A stretch of 64,000 nt of DNA from the IMG/VR virus record IMGVR_UViG_3300004151_000006, positions 62,001 through 126,000 of that record; one strand, 5' to 3'. Positions 21,171 through 30,653 of the stretch are shown here, in pieces. The translations under genes were made by a program, and so were the position numbers. The notes under the pieces are model-generated. The model did not search any database. It saw nothing but the letters and a program-made list of their open reading frames with translations, and was not told the DNA's origin. How positions within the stretch are numbered: position 1 is the first letter of the stretch; each line of letters opens with the position of its first letter.

Positions 21171-22277
21171 GTGAACCATTTGGAGGTTATTGTGGAAAAT
21201 ATTTCACACGATTTAGTAAAACATAGAAAATTAAATATTATTATGGATGGACAATTTGGTTCTACTGGTAAAGGGAGTTTAGCTGCATGGTTGGGTACTA
21301 TATCACCAGTTGAAATATACGTAAGTAATCTTAGTCCAAATGCTGGACACACCTATGATTTACAAGATGGATATGGTCCTAGAGTAGTAAAACAATTACC
21401 TATTGGTGGGATTATTAATAAACGATCACAGATTTATTTATCTCATGGATCAATCATCGAACCAAAAGCTTTATTAAAGGAAATAGAAACATTTAATGTT
21501 GATAAAGACCGAATATGCATTGATCCTAGAGCTGCTATTGTTACCGATGAATGTAAAGCTTTAGAAAAAGATAATTCTTCTTCAGTAGCTAAGATAGCTA
21601 GTACACAGAGTGGTACTGGTGTAGCACTTAGTCAAAAAATCATGCGTAGTGCTAAATTAGCAGAAGATATTCCAGAGTTAAAAGATATGATACATGAATT
21701 TGATTTAATGGAACATTTACAATTAGGATCAACTGCAGTTATGGAGACATCACAGGGTTTTGATCTTGGATTAAATTATGGACTTAGTTATCCACATTGT
21801 ACCTCTAGAGATGTGACACCATCTCAATGTTTAGGTGATGCAAAAGTGCATCCAAAATTCTTAGGTAATGTATTTCTTACTTTAAGAACATATCCAATAC
21901 GAGTGGGTAATTTGAAAGTTGGAGATATTACATATGGTGAAAGTGGACCATTTTATCTAGATTCTAAAGAGCTGAGTTGGGAAGAATTGATGGTCACACC
22001 AGAGAAAACTACAGTCACTCAACGTATACGTAGAGTAGCTACATTTTCACCAACACAATTGAAAAGAACGATATATTACACTAAACCAAAACATATATTT
22101 TTGAATTTTATCAACTACATCTTAACTGAAGAATATATTGAAATTATAATAGATGCATTCAGACAAATAAAACAATTTCCAAGTTTATTAGGATTCGGTA
22201 GGAGTATACTTGAAATATCACGAGCAAGAAATTTAACAGAATCCAAAGATATCATGTATGCACAATTATGTAAATAA
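21171..22277 (+). CDS. purZ: PurZ-type succinylaminodeoxyadenylate synthetase (PurA homologue)
   Basis: DGQFGSTGKG (Ser in place of the PurA catalytic Asp), SPNAGHT, QGFDL..YPHCTSRD, RTYPIRV, TTVT.R.RR, FLNFINY; short ~360 aa form. Confidence 0.8.
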   Translation: MNHLEVIVENISHDLVKHRKLNIIMDGQFGSTGKGSLAAWLGTISPVEIYVSNLSPNAGHTYDLQDGYGPRVVKQLPIGGIINKRSQIYLSHGSIIEPKALLKEIETFNVDKDRICIDPRAAIVTDECKALEKDNSSSVAKIASTQSGTGVALSQKIMRSAKLAEDIPELKDMIHEFDLMEHLQLGSTAVMETSQGFDLGLNYGLSYPHCTSRDVTPSQCLGDAKVHPKFLGNVFLTLRTYPIRVGNLKVGDITYGESGPFYLDSKELSWEELMVTPEKTTVTQRIRRVATFSPTQLKRTIYYTKPKHIFLNFINYILTEEYIEIIIDAFRQIKQFPSLLGFGRSILEISRARNLTESKDIMYAQLCK

Positions 22278-22330
22278 TATTAGTTTTTTATGTAAATATT
22301 ATAGTACTTTTCTACAAAAGGAGATGACAT

Positions 22331-23020
22331 ATGACTATTAATTTAGATAAGTATTTTCATATAGATGAAAAGAAGAATGCTACTATCTTTCTTGGTGATA
22401 AGTTAGAGATATTCATTCCCACTAGATATATCAACTATGGTCTTCTCTCCCATGATAAATCCCTTAATGCTTTAGGTATCTTTGAAATGAAGATCAATGA
22501 CACTATTACAGGTGGACTCTGTCTCCCAGCTAAACTCAGTATGATACCAAAAGAAACTTATACAACTACTATTGATGAAGTGTCTTACATGGTAGCTACA
22601 TTTCAAAAACATGATACCTTCATTGAGAATATGACGGTCATTAAAAATGATGCTTTAGGATATGTCCTTTGGAAAGAATTCATCTCTTTAGGTAATTTAC
22701 CTAAGTTCATTACGTATGATAATATTGGTACCCTCTTTGATCTCATTGCTCAAGTATGTGGTATCAATTTTGGTGTCAACCATGCAGTCTTTGAAATGAT
22801 CTATGCTCACCTCTATAGAGATCCAGATGATATCACTAAAGAGTATCGACTTTCTAAAATGAATAAACCACCAGTCTTCATTGAACTCAGGAATGTGAGT
22901 TATGGACCAGATACTACTACGGCTAAGATGCTTGGTAGTTATTGGAATGATGGTATCAATAGTAGTCTAGTCAATGCTTCAGATAAGGTCTCTGAGTTAG
23001 ACCACACCCTATTTAATTAA
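22331..23020 (+). CDS. conserved phiKZ-like hypothetical protein
   Basis: AAGGAG RBS, 229 aa. Confidence 0.6.
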   Translation: MTINLDKYFHIDEKKNATIFLGDKLEIFIPTRYINYGLLSHDKSLNALGIFEMKINDTITGGLCLPAKLSMIPKETYTTTIDEVSYMVATFQKHDTFIENMTVIKNDALGYVLWKEFISLGNLPKFITYDNIGTLFDLIAQVCGINFGVNHAVFEMIYAHLYRDPDDITKEYRLSKMNKPPVFIELRNVSYGPDTTTAKMLGSYWNDGINSSLVNASDKVSELDHTLFN

Positions 23021-23036
23021 AAGGAGATACACCCAG

Positions 23037-23396
23037 ATGCAGACATTTAAGATCTATTGGATAAATGGTACTACTGAAATCCTTATGGGGAGAGATATAG
23101 CAGATGCTTTTAATAGTGTTGGATATACTAAAGACCATGTAGAATCTATGGAACGATATGTACTAGTAATTAATGCTGATCCCACTTTAGTAGATAGTAC
23201 CATCTTTTCTTGTGGACGATGTAAAAGCATGCCTACTATAGAAAATAAAGATATTGAAAAGTGGTTAGTCTATTGTCCAGACTGTAGACAGAATGCTCAA
23301 GCTAAATTAATATTTGAACAAGAATGCGATGCTAAGATGGATTGGAATAAGAAACAATTAAAATATACTAGACTCCCTCTAGATACTGGTGAATAA
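23037..23396 (+). CDS. zinc-ribbon protein (Lar-like C-terminus)
   Basis: CGRC...CPDC...WNK. Confidence 0.55.
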   Translation: MQTFKIYWINGTTEILMGRDIADAFNSVGYTKDHVESMERYVLVINADPTLVDSTIFSCGRCKSMPTIENKDIEKWLVYCPDCRQNAQAKLIFEQECDAKMDWNKKQLKYTRLPLDTGE

Positions 23397-23405
23397 AGTT
23401 AAGAC

Positions 23406-23437
23406 AGATGGGAGACGGCCTAGGCCGTCTCCCATCT
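23406..23437. repeat. 32-bp perfect palindrome (no loop)
   Basis: AGATGGGAGACGGCCT|AGGCCGTCTCCCATCT, followed by an early promoter motif at 23445-23465. Confidence 0.95.
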
Positions 23438-23526
23438 CTGTTTCACATATATATTATTTATTTGATGAATTTTAATGATGATCCAATTACTATTTGATTG
23501 GACCATTTACCAAGGAGGCCTTTGCG

Positions 23527-23664
23527 GTGCACAATACCTACAAACCCCAATGGTGTCTCAAGGCCGGATACACTGTTGTTTCAGCAACAATGCATTCCCG
23601 TACAAAAAACAAACAAACCCACATAAGATTTCTATTCAAAATAAAAATTACTATTACAATTTGA
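23527..23664 (+). CDS. small basic 45-aa protein (not in ORF track)
   Basis: AAGGAGG 8 nt before GTG; MHNTYKPQWCLKAGYTVVSATMHSRTKNKQTHIRFLFKIKITITI; lies between promoter and terminator. Confidence 0.5.
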   Translation: MHNTYKPQWCLKAGYTVVSATMHSRTKNKQTHIRFLFKIKITITI

Positions 23665-23708
23665 TGCTCCCCGAGAGGGGAGCATCTAGCATATCTTTTT
23701 TTTGTTTT
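23663..23708 (+). terminator. intrinsic terminator with GNRA loop
   Basis: GATGCTCCCC-GAGA-GGGGAGCATC then a T-run. Confidence 0.7.
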
Positions 23709-23856
23709 TATATAAAATCTAGTAGCATTAAAGATGCTGATCATTTTATTTCAAATATATATAATTCATTTGATCTAATCTTTAGATCTGTGTCTATGGA
23801 GATCACATTTGGTTCACTATATACTCATCCCAATAGGGATAAGGACGGATAGCATC

Positions 23857-24213
23857 ATGTCGACTCCCATCAAGCAGTTTTTCATTCACCGTTTGGATAT
23901 CTTCAACTGGGTATGTTTCATGGTGATATTACTCACCGTAGAGTATATCTCGTACTGTATTGCACCAGACAATATACTCGTATTCATTGGTACAATTTCA
24001 GTAATCATGTTTCTCATATGTCTTTGGTTTACTTATCTTAGATCACCTAGACGAACATATCGACCCAAATGGATCAAGACATATCTTGAGTTCATGGGAT
24101 ACCATATTTATTCTGAGACAGAACTTAAAATCATCTTTCAATGCAACATAGTGGTGTGTATCATCACAATTGTTATGTTAGTAGAATGTATCTATTTCTC
24201 ATATCGTCCGTAA
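23857..24213 (+). CDS. membrane protein (3 TM)
   Basis: Three hydrophobic segments; followed by a 13-bp stem at 24225-24255. Confidence 0.6.
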   Translation: MSTPIKQFFIHRLDIFNWVCFMVILLTVEYISYCIAPDNILVFIGTISVIMFLICLWFTYLRSPRRTYRPKWIKTYLEFMGYHIYSETELKIIFQCNIVVCIITIVMLVECIYFSYRP

Positions 24214-24513
24214 TCAAGCACAGGGGAGAGGCACCCATCTCCTGGGTGCCTCTCCTGACCTGGCTGTTCACCCCAAACAAGGAAGCTCATGGTGCCCACA
24301 TACACCATAGGTATAAGACAGCTGATCCTCATCTATCCTACACCCATAGGATATTTGAGATGAAATATATTTAGATCTATATTTTTTTTTCATGATGAAA
24401 GAAATAAACTATATACTGTGAGTGATCCCATTATATATTCAAAACATCTTATGTCTATAGATACTCACACTAGTAATAGTGTTTACTATATCATTTGGAA
24501 AGGAGTCAAGCAA

Positions 24514-25305
24514 ATGGATGCATCTTGGAAATTTGTAGTGGAGGCTATGTCTGTAGTCGATGGTCGTATGATCAAAGGACTCAAGCCTGATGCTCAAGGA
24601 TACTACCATGATATCCCTTTGATGGGACTAGGTATGTGTGCTCGTAGTGGTATCTATTACAATCCTAAACCTATCATCGATGCTATCCGTTTACCAAAGA
24701 GTACATTCAATATGAAACTCACTGATGGTAATCTCTTTGGATGTATCAATCATCCTCCTACCTTTAAGAAAGAAGATATCCCTCTCATGTTAGAGATAGA
24801 TCAAAAAGAAGTCTCTCATCATTTCAAAAAGATCTATAGTGGTGATCTAGGTAATGACACTGGACTCATCTTAGGATGTCTTCGTCCTTGGGGTCCCTAT
24901 GGTCAGTACTTAGAGACCTCACTGCAAGATGAACATGTCAATACCTCATTCTCTGTACGATCATTGTGTAAACAGTATATGGAGCCCAACACTAGACGTA
25001 TGTGTCGTGATGTCGAGATCTTAGTGACGTTTGATTGGGTCAATGCTCCTGGATATAAAGAGGCTAGTAAACGCTATGTACCTGCTATGGAGAGTTACAC
25101 TATTGATATCATCCCTGAAGAGTTCATTGCTGCTGTAGAGATCTGTGGATGTGAGTCTATCAAAGACATTGATCTCATGAGAGTGTTTGGTATGAGTCAG
25201 ATCGAGATCGGTGAGATCCGTGGTGAGTATAGAGCTGGAAGAAAGTCATTCATTGGCACTGATGGGGATAGACATAGCTTGGTCCATGCACTGTTGGGAT
25301 GTTAG
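24514..25305 (+). CDS. prohead (head maturation) protease, phiKZ gp175-like
   Basis: GCINHP, VSHH, SFSVRSL, TFDWVNAPG motifs; candidate self-cleavage site AME-S; AAGGAG RBS. Confidence 0.85.
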   Translation: MDASWKFVVEAMSVVDGRMIKGLKPDAQGYYHDIPLMGLGMCARSGIYYNPKPIIDAIRLPKSTFNMKLTDGNLFGCINHPPTFKKEDIPLMLEIDQKEVSHHFKKIYSGDLGNDTGLILGCLRPWGPYGQYLETSLQDEHVNTSFSVRSLCKQYMEPNTRRMCRDVEILVTFDWVNAPGYKEASKRYVPAMESYTIDIIPEEFIAAVEICGCESIKDIDLMRVFGMSQIEIGEIRGEYRAGRKSFIGTDGDRHSLVHALLGC

Positions 25306-25313
25306 GAGGATAT

Positions 25314-26051
25314 ATGTTTAAAGTACCTAAGATGCTTGATGGTGAAATCGAATCACTCCCTGTAGATCCTTTGGAGATCCCAGAGCCTACACCAGAATCT
25401 ACTCCAATTCCAGTGAAGACAGAAGATTACAGTGACCAATATTTACATAGTCTCACTGATGCTAAACTCATCCCTACTAAAGCTCTCACTATTGAGCATA
25501 CTGATATCATGGGTCCTATGTCAAAGTGTCCAGTCTTTATCCATGAGCTCCAAGATGGGAGTCTGCATTGTATCGCATATGTGATAGGTCAGATCGGTGA
25601 TGTCAACGATTATCTTGATCTCATTGATATGATCACAGTACTACGTGAGCAAGATAAGATGCGAGTATATATTGATAGTCCTGGTGGATATGTGGCTACT
25701 GGAGCACATGTGGCTAGTGCTATGTCTTTGTGTAATGGTGAAGTCACTACTGTAGCAAGAGGTTTTTGTGCATCAGCTGCATCCCTCATGTGGTCAGCTG
25801 GACACAAACATCAACTCACCCCATTTTCTTTATTCATGTACCATATGAGTAGTCATGGTGATATGGGTAATAGCTTAGGTATCCGCAATCGTGCTGATGA
25901 TATGATCAGATATGTCAAGACTACATTACTCCGTGTACCTTTAGAAAAAGGTCATATCACTCCTGAAGAATTAGATCAGATTTGTATCAAAGGTGAAGAT
26001 CAATATATTGATGCAAAGACTATGTATCAGCGTCTTCGTAAAGGAGTCTAG
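25314..26051 (+). CDS. ClpP-like serine protease
   Basis: YIDSPGG, CASAASL (catalytic Ser), FMYHM (His), EDQYIDA; acidic Pro-rich N-terminus. Confidence 0.85.
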   Translation: MFKVPKMLDGEIESLPVDPLEIPEPTPESTPIPVKTEDYSDQYLHSLTDAKLIPTKALTIEHTDIMGPMSKCPVFIHELQDGSLHCIAYVIGQIGDVNDYLDLIDMITVLREQDKMRVYIDSPGGYVATGAHVASAMSLCNGEVTTVARGFCASAASLMWSAGHKHQLTPFSLFMYHMSSHGDMGNSLGIRNRADDMIRYVKTTLLRVPLEKGHITPEELDQICIKGEDQYIDAKTMYQRLRKGV

Positions 26052-26054
26052 TAT

Positions 26055-26825
26055 ATGAGTCAATCACCTTCACCATATGGGTTTTTAAAAGGATTGATGA
26101 TCAATATGGATGACATCCCTGCTGATCCTTTGGTAGTAGAAGAGACTCCCATTGAACCTATTGATACTCATCCTGATGAGACACCTGATATCACACATCG
26201 TGTAGATGGAGTCACTATAGGTACTGAGAGTATCTCATCTTTCTATCAATCATTTCAAATGGAAAAACAAGATCCACTCACTATAGAACAGAATGCTCTC
26301 AATACTCCTAGTAAAATGGGTATGTTCAACACTGTAAAACCCATGAATCACATACCCCAGATACGTACTACTGACCAGGTCAATTTCAGAGTATTCCTCA
26401 AAGCTCAACATGAATTTACAGATGAGTATATCACCAGGTTATGTAGATTCTTAGATAGTCGTACACCCAATCAAACTATCACATTTTATCTTGGTAATAG
26501 TTTATCATCTAGATACACCATGATCATTGGATCTGTCTTGTCATCTATCATGTCTTGTCCAGCTAAGACGATAGCTATTGCTGCTGGATGTTGTGGTGTA
26601 CCTGAGTCTATGATGTGGTGCTTTTGTCAGGAAAGACATATCGCTGAATATAGTGCACTCACTTTTGGTGGTACCAATCTCATCACCCACTATTCTTTTT
26701 ATAAATACTATTTAGAAGTCTGTTTTGAAAGAGCTGTGGAAGTGGGTATATTGAGTAAAGAGCAAGTGGATACTATTTGGAATGAAAATAAAGAGATCAT
26801 GATCACATATGTAGAACAGCAATAG
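26055..26825 (+). CDS. degenerate ClpP paralogue (ClpR-like, catalytic residues lost)
   Basis: TIAIAAGCCGVPESMMW aligns to TTVARGFCASAASLMW; LTFG replaces FMYH; acidic N-terminus. Confidence 0.6.
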   Translation: MSQSPSPYGFLKGLMINMDDIPADPLVVEETPIEPIDTHPDETPDITHRVDGVTIGTESISSFYQSFQMEKQDPLTIEQNALNTPSKMGMFNTVKPMNHIPQIRTTDQVNFRVFLKAQHEFTDEYITRLCRFLDSRTPNQTITFYLGNSLSSRYTMIIGSVLSSIMSCPAKTIAIAAGCCGVPESMMWCFCQERHIAEYSALTFGGTNLITHYSFYKYYLEVCFERAVEVGILSKEQVDTIWNENKEIMITYVEQQ

Positions 26826-26833
26826 TGATATAT

Positions 26834-26861
26834 TGGGATGGGGGCCCAAGCCCCCATCCCA
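26834..26861. repeat. 12-bp stem inverted repeat followed by early promoter (26882-26902)
   Basis: TGGGATGGGGGC-CCAA-GCCCCCATCCCA. Confidence 0.85.
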
Positions 26862-26931
26862 TATGCTGATCATCTTTTTACAAATATATATAATCAAAGT
26901 GAAGATAAACTTAAAGCCTAGGAGAAACACC

Positions 26932-27228
26932 ATGGCAAGTTATAATTTTAGCCTCCCCGGCCATTGCATGTCTTTCATTTCGAAGTTGCGGAAGCATCGT
27001 AATGACCCGCGTCGTTTGGTGGATTACATTCTTGTAGCCTTCGATACCACTGATCCTACCCATCCAAAGGAGCACCCCATGTGGGAGCATCTGGAGGAAG
27101 CCATTGCTGTCTGCAAGCAATATGGGTGGCAGTTCAGGACTATGTCCTGGAAGGATCAGGGGATCCAGGCTGTGGCAATATCCCCAGAAGAAGGATATTA
27201 CCATTCCAAGTTTCAACACAGCCATTAA
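26932..27228 (+). CDS. hypothetical protein
   Basis: AGGAG RBS; elevated GC. Confidence 0.65.
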   Translation: MASYNFSLPGHCMSFISKLRKHRNDPRRLVDYILVAFDTTDPTHPKEHPMWEHLEEAIAVCKQYGWQFRTMSWKDQGIQAVAISPEEGYYHSKFQHSH

Positions 27229-27254
27229 ACCTTCTAACCTAAACGAGGTATATC

Positions 27255-28136
27255 ATGCAGCGCATTATCACTCACTCCGGTAAGTTTCACGCTGACGAAA
27301 TCATTGCATGTGCCATCCTTCGCATGCTCAATCCACAGATCGAGATCATCCGTACCCGCGACACCAGCATCATCACCGACGATGATATCGCGGTCGACTT
27401 CGGCGGGATCTATGATCCCGAGAAGTATCGATTCGACCATCACCAAAAGGACGCCCCCAAGCGTCCCAATGGCAAGTCCTACTCCAGTGCCGGCATGGTC
27501 TGGAATTCCCCCCAGGTCCACTGCATGATGATGCAACTGGGCATGCCCAGCAATCTGCTCTCCGAAATCGTAGCTAAGGTTGATGAGAGCTTCATTGCCC
27601 ACATCGATGCGATCGACTCCGGGGAAGGATCTCTCGAAGGCTACAGTTTCAGCGCAGCCATCGGGTCCTTCAACACGTTCAATCTCCAGGATGGAGAAGA
27701 CGTGTGTTTCATGAAGGCCCTGGACTTTGCGCTGCAATTCCTGCCAAATATCATCCATGAGACTTATCTCCGCCTCAGTGAGGCGGAGTATGTCCGCGAT
27801 GCCGATACGACGTTCGATGGCAAGGTCATCGTCCTTGGTCGGGGGGTCCCATGGATCGAGACCGTCCTGACCGAGGCGAAGTTCGACAATGCCGAGTTTG
27901 TCATGTTCCCTCATATTGATGGGGTGACATGGAGACTCCAGGCCATCCCCAAGGAGATGGGGAGCTTCGAGAAGCGTCGAGCTTTGCCTGCCTCTTGGGG
28001 CGGATTGAATGGTCAAGACCTGGAATACGTCACCGGCGTGAAGGGTGCCGTGTTCTGTCACAAGGCCCTGTTCATTTGCGGTGCTAATAGCTTTGAAGCC
28101 ATGTTTGACATGGCTGGGTTGGCAGTGTCGCAGTAA
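27255..28136 (+). CDS. MYG1 (UPF0160) family DHH 3'-5' exonuclease
   Basis: THSGKFHADE, VDFGG.YD, FDHHQ, SSAGMVW, FCHKALF; markedly GC-rich. Confidence 0.9.
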   Translation: MQRIITHSGKFHADEIIACAILRMLNPQIEIIRTRDTSIITDDDIAVDFGGIYDPEKYRFDHHQKDAPKRPNGKSYSSAGMVWNSPQVHCMMMQLGMPSNLLSEIVAKVDESFIAHIDAIDSGEGSLEGYSFSAAIGSFNTFNLQDGEDVCFMKALDFALQFLPNIIHETYLRLSEAEYVRDADTTFDGKVIVLGRGVPWIETVLTEAKFDNAEFVMFPHIDGVTWRLQAIPKEMGSFEKRRALPASWGGLNGQDLEYVTGVKGAVFCHKALFICGANSFEAMFDMAGLAVSQ

Positions 28137-28143
28137 TTTATAT

Positions 28144-28177
28144 CTGCATGGGGGCCCATCCTTGGGCCCCCATGCAG
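28144..28177. terminator. 15-bp stem between convergent genes
   Basis: CTGCATGGGGGCCCA-TCCT-TGGGCCCCCATGCAG. Confidence 0.8.
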
Positions 28178-28190
28178 TACTGTGATTATT

Positions 28191-30221
28191 TTATTTTTTC
28201 ATTTCTTGGATCACCATATCTAAAGTCTGGGTTTGATCAGATAAGGTGTGTATAGCTTTTGTAGAATGTTGCATAGCTGTAAGATTTTGTTTAGCTATAT
28301 CTGCTGTAGAGATGATGAGTCTACCTATTTCTTCAGCAGTAGCAGATTGTTCTTCAGCAGCTATAGCAATGGATTGTATTTGACTAGTAGTACCATCAAT
28401 AAGAGTATAGATCTCAGAGAGTGTATCACCACCTATCTTGACACGTTTATCTATTTCATTGATAGCTGAAGCTACTTTCTCAACATAATTAATACTTTTT
28501 AATGTACTATCTTGAACAGTGGTAATGGTGGTTTCAATATCACGTGTAGCTACTTGTGTACGTTCTGCTAACTTTCTTACTTCATCAGCCACTACAGCAA
28601 AACCTTTACCAGCTTCTCCGGCGTGAGAACTTTCGATTGCCGCGTTAAGTGCTAATAAATTAGTCTGATCTGCAATATGTGAAATAGTTTCAATGATCTC
28701 ATTGATACCACCGACTTGATCACCTAATACATGAATATCATTTTTAAGGATGATAGCTAACTCTCGGATACCATTGATTTCACTGATGATAGTTTGAATA
28801 ACAGTAGTTCCATCATGTGCTTTCTGTTTAGCTATAGATGCTGATTCACTAGTGTGACTGCTATTTTTAGCTACTTCTAAGATGGTAGCATTCATTTCTT
28901 CTACTGCTACTGCTGTTTCATCCATCTGAGTAGATTGTGCTTCACTACCACGAGTAGATTGTTCTATTTGTGTGGATAAAGATTCAGTGTGATTAGCTAT
29001 CTCTCTGACTGTAGTGTCTAATTTGATAGCAGCTTGGTGGATACCATCTTTGAGTGCTTGCTCAGCAGCAGCTTTAAGCCGATTGACATCTGTGATATCT
29101 TGGATGAGTTCAATATATCCGATGGTATCACCATGTCTATTTTTGAGTATGGAAGTATCCACCATGTAATCATTTTCTGGTATGCCAGGTATATTGAAAT
29201 GGCATTTTGTATTACCTTGTTTACATTGTTTTACTGCGCAATCAGTTTCATTACAGATGGTAGTACCTAAAGATATACAAGCTTTTCCTATATAAGTTTC
29301 TTTATCAAGATGAAAAGTCTTGAGAGCATGATCATTAAGATATGTGATATATTTTTCATTACTGACTACCATGATAGGAAAACTAATAGAGTTCAATACA
29401 TTTTCATACCAATGAAGTTTATCCACTACTGTATCCAATGCTTTATTGAGATACTTTGATGTTTTACCTATTTCATCATCACTGTTGACCTGGAGCCTTG
29501 TAGTGAAATCACCTTGAGAAAAAATGATAGCTGCATTAAGTATCTTCTTTAAAGGTACACTGATCTTTTGTACAATGAAGATACTGATAGCTATACCAAT
29601 CATAAAAGATAAACCAAGTACAATCAATATAGTATCCATATCACGATTGACAATACGTTGTGTCTCTATCTTAGCTAGTGAAGTAGATTCTTTAGTATCT
29701 TTGATGATAGCTAAGATCTCATTGAACATTTGACCGTTGACACGATTTCCAACAGTATAACAATAATCAAAAGCATTTTGATATAAATCAAGATTATTAA
29801 GATCATTTTCCCATGTATGTATCATATCAAATATCTTATTGTTTTCTCTTTTAGCTTCATCTAAAGTGGTAGTGAATTTCTCCCATAATACCTTTTCTTT
29901 ATATCCTCTGGGTATAGTACTGAGTGTTTTGATTATTTCAGTATATTTATCTCTATGTAATTTGATATCCTCGTATTGTTTAGCTCTTTGTTCTTTAGTG
30001 ATATTTCTTTTAAGCAACATAGTCTGTGCTAACAATATTGATTGAAAATGATAGGGTAAAATATTGAGTGCTTCTAAACTTGGTAGATGTGTTTCTGTGA
30101 TAGTGCTGAGTGATTCCTCTGCATCCTGCATCCCAGTGTATCCTACTATCCCACTAATAGATGAAATACAGATCAGGGCCATAGTACCTATGATCAGTTT
30201 AAGTTTTAAAGAGATGTGCAT
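28191..30221 (-). CDS. methyl-accepting chemotaxis protein (TM-4HB sensor-TM-HAMP-PAS-MA)
   Basis: [12 protein letters not shown]...[21 protein letters not shown]; HAMP PLKKI...GDFT..DEIG; PAS-like segment; two TMs; AGGAGG RBS. Confidence 0.93.
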   Translation of the reverse strand: MHISLKLKLIIGTMALICISSISGIVGYTGMQDAEESLSTITETHLPSLEALNILPYHFQSILLAQTMLLKRNITKEQRAKQYEDIKLHRDKYTEIIKTLSTIPRGYKEKVLWEKFTTTLDEAKRENNKIFDMIHTWENDLNNLDLYQNAFDYCYTVGNRVNGQMFNEILAIIKDTKESTSLAKIETQRIVNRDMDTILIVLGLSFMIGIAISIFIVQKISVPLKKILNAAIIFSQGDFTTRLQVNSDDEIGKTSKYLNKALDTVVDKLHWYENVLNSISFPIMVVSNEKYITYLNDHALKTFHLDKETYIGKACISLGTTICNETDCAVKQCKQGNTKCHFNIPGIPENDYMVDTSILKNRHGDTIGYIELIQDITDVNRLKAAAEQALKDGIHQAAIKLDTTVREIANHTESLSTQIEQSTRGSEAQSTQMDETAVAVEEMNATILEVAKNSSHTSESASIAKQKAHDGTTVIQTIISEINGIRELAIILKNDIHVLGDQVGGINEIIETISHIADQTNLLALNAAIESSHAGEAGKGFAVVADEVRKLAERTQVATRDIETTITTVQDSTLKSINYVEKVASAINEIDKRVKIGGDTLSEIYTLIDGTTSQIQSIAIAAEEQSATAEEIGRLIISTADIAKQNLTAMQHSTKAIHTLSDQTQTLDMVIQEMKK

Positions 30222-30290
30222 ACTACCTCCTATATATGTTGTGTGCGTATAATATCTGAGTCATCAATACATTGAAATCCATGAATATAC

Positions 30291-30311
30291 AAATATATAT
30301 TACATATAGGA
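30291..30311 (+). promoter_or_regulatory. phiKZ-type early promoter
   Basis: AAATATATATTAC. Confidence 0.6.
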
Positions 30312-30338
30312 TACAACCATTTATTTAGAGAGGTATGT

Positions 30339-30653
30339 ATGTCTGAAAGATCTCGTATTTGTTTTACTGTTGATAGTGATCTGGTAGAGCACATCATCAT
30401 GCGGCTAGAAGCTACCTGGGGAATTAAAAATGCTTCAGTGAATCCCATTTTCTCAGGTACTCATGGTGAGTACCTAAAGATGCTTCGAAAGAAGAAAAAG
30501 ATGACCCAACAACAATTAGCTACACTTTCTGGGGTACATCAAGTGAATATCACAATGATGGAACGTAACAAACGTACTATTGGTTTAAAGAGTTCAATAG
30601 CTTTAGGTGAAGCCCTTGGTGTCAACCCGTTATCATTTCTTATGGAGGAATAG
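30339..30653 (+). CDS. XRE-family HTH regulator
   Basis: LKMLRKKKKMTQQQLATLSGVHQVNITMMERNKR. Confidence 0.88.
   Translation: MSERSRICFTVDSDLVEHIIMRLEATWGIKNASVNPIFSGTHGEYLKMLRKKKKMTQQQLATLSGVHQVNITMMERNKRTIGLKSSIALGEALGVNPLSFLMEE

Noticed and set aside
21171-22277. Ordinary purA
   Set aside because: Catalytic Asp and the GTP-specificity motif are replaced by PurZ-type residues
23475-23852. 125-aa ORF in the track
   Set aside because: No RBS and it runs through a terminator; the RBS-led 45-aa ORF in another frame fits better
27234-28061. 275-aa antisense ORF over MYG1 (similarly 18671..19021 and 33162..33599)
   Set aside because: Shadow ORFs expected from high-GC3 codons; no RBS or motifs
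28191-30221. Host contamination or prophage boundary at the MCP
   Set aside because: Composition matches the phage, and it is flanked by a phage-type palindrome and promoter
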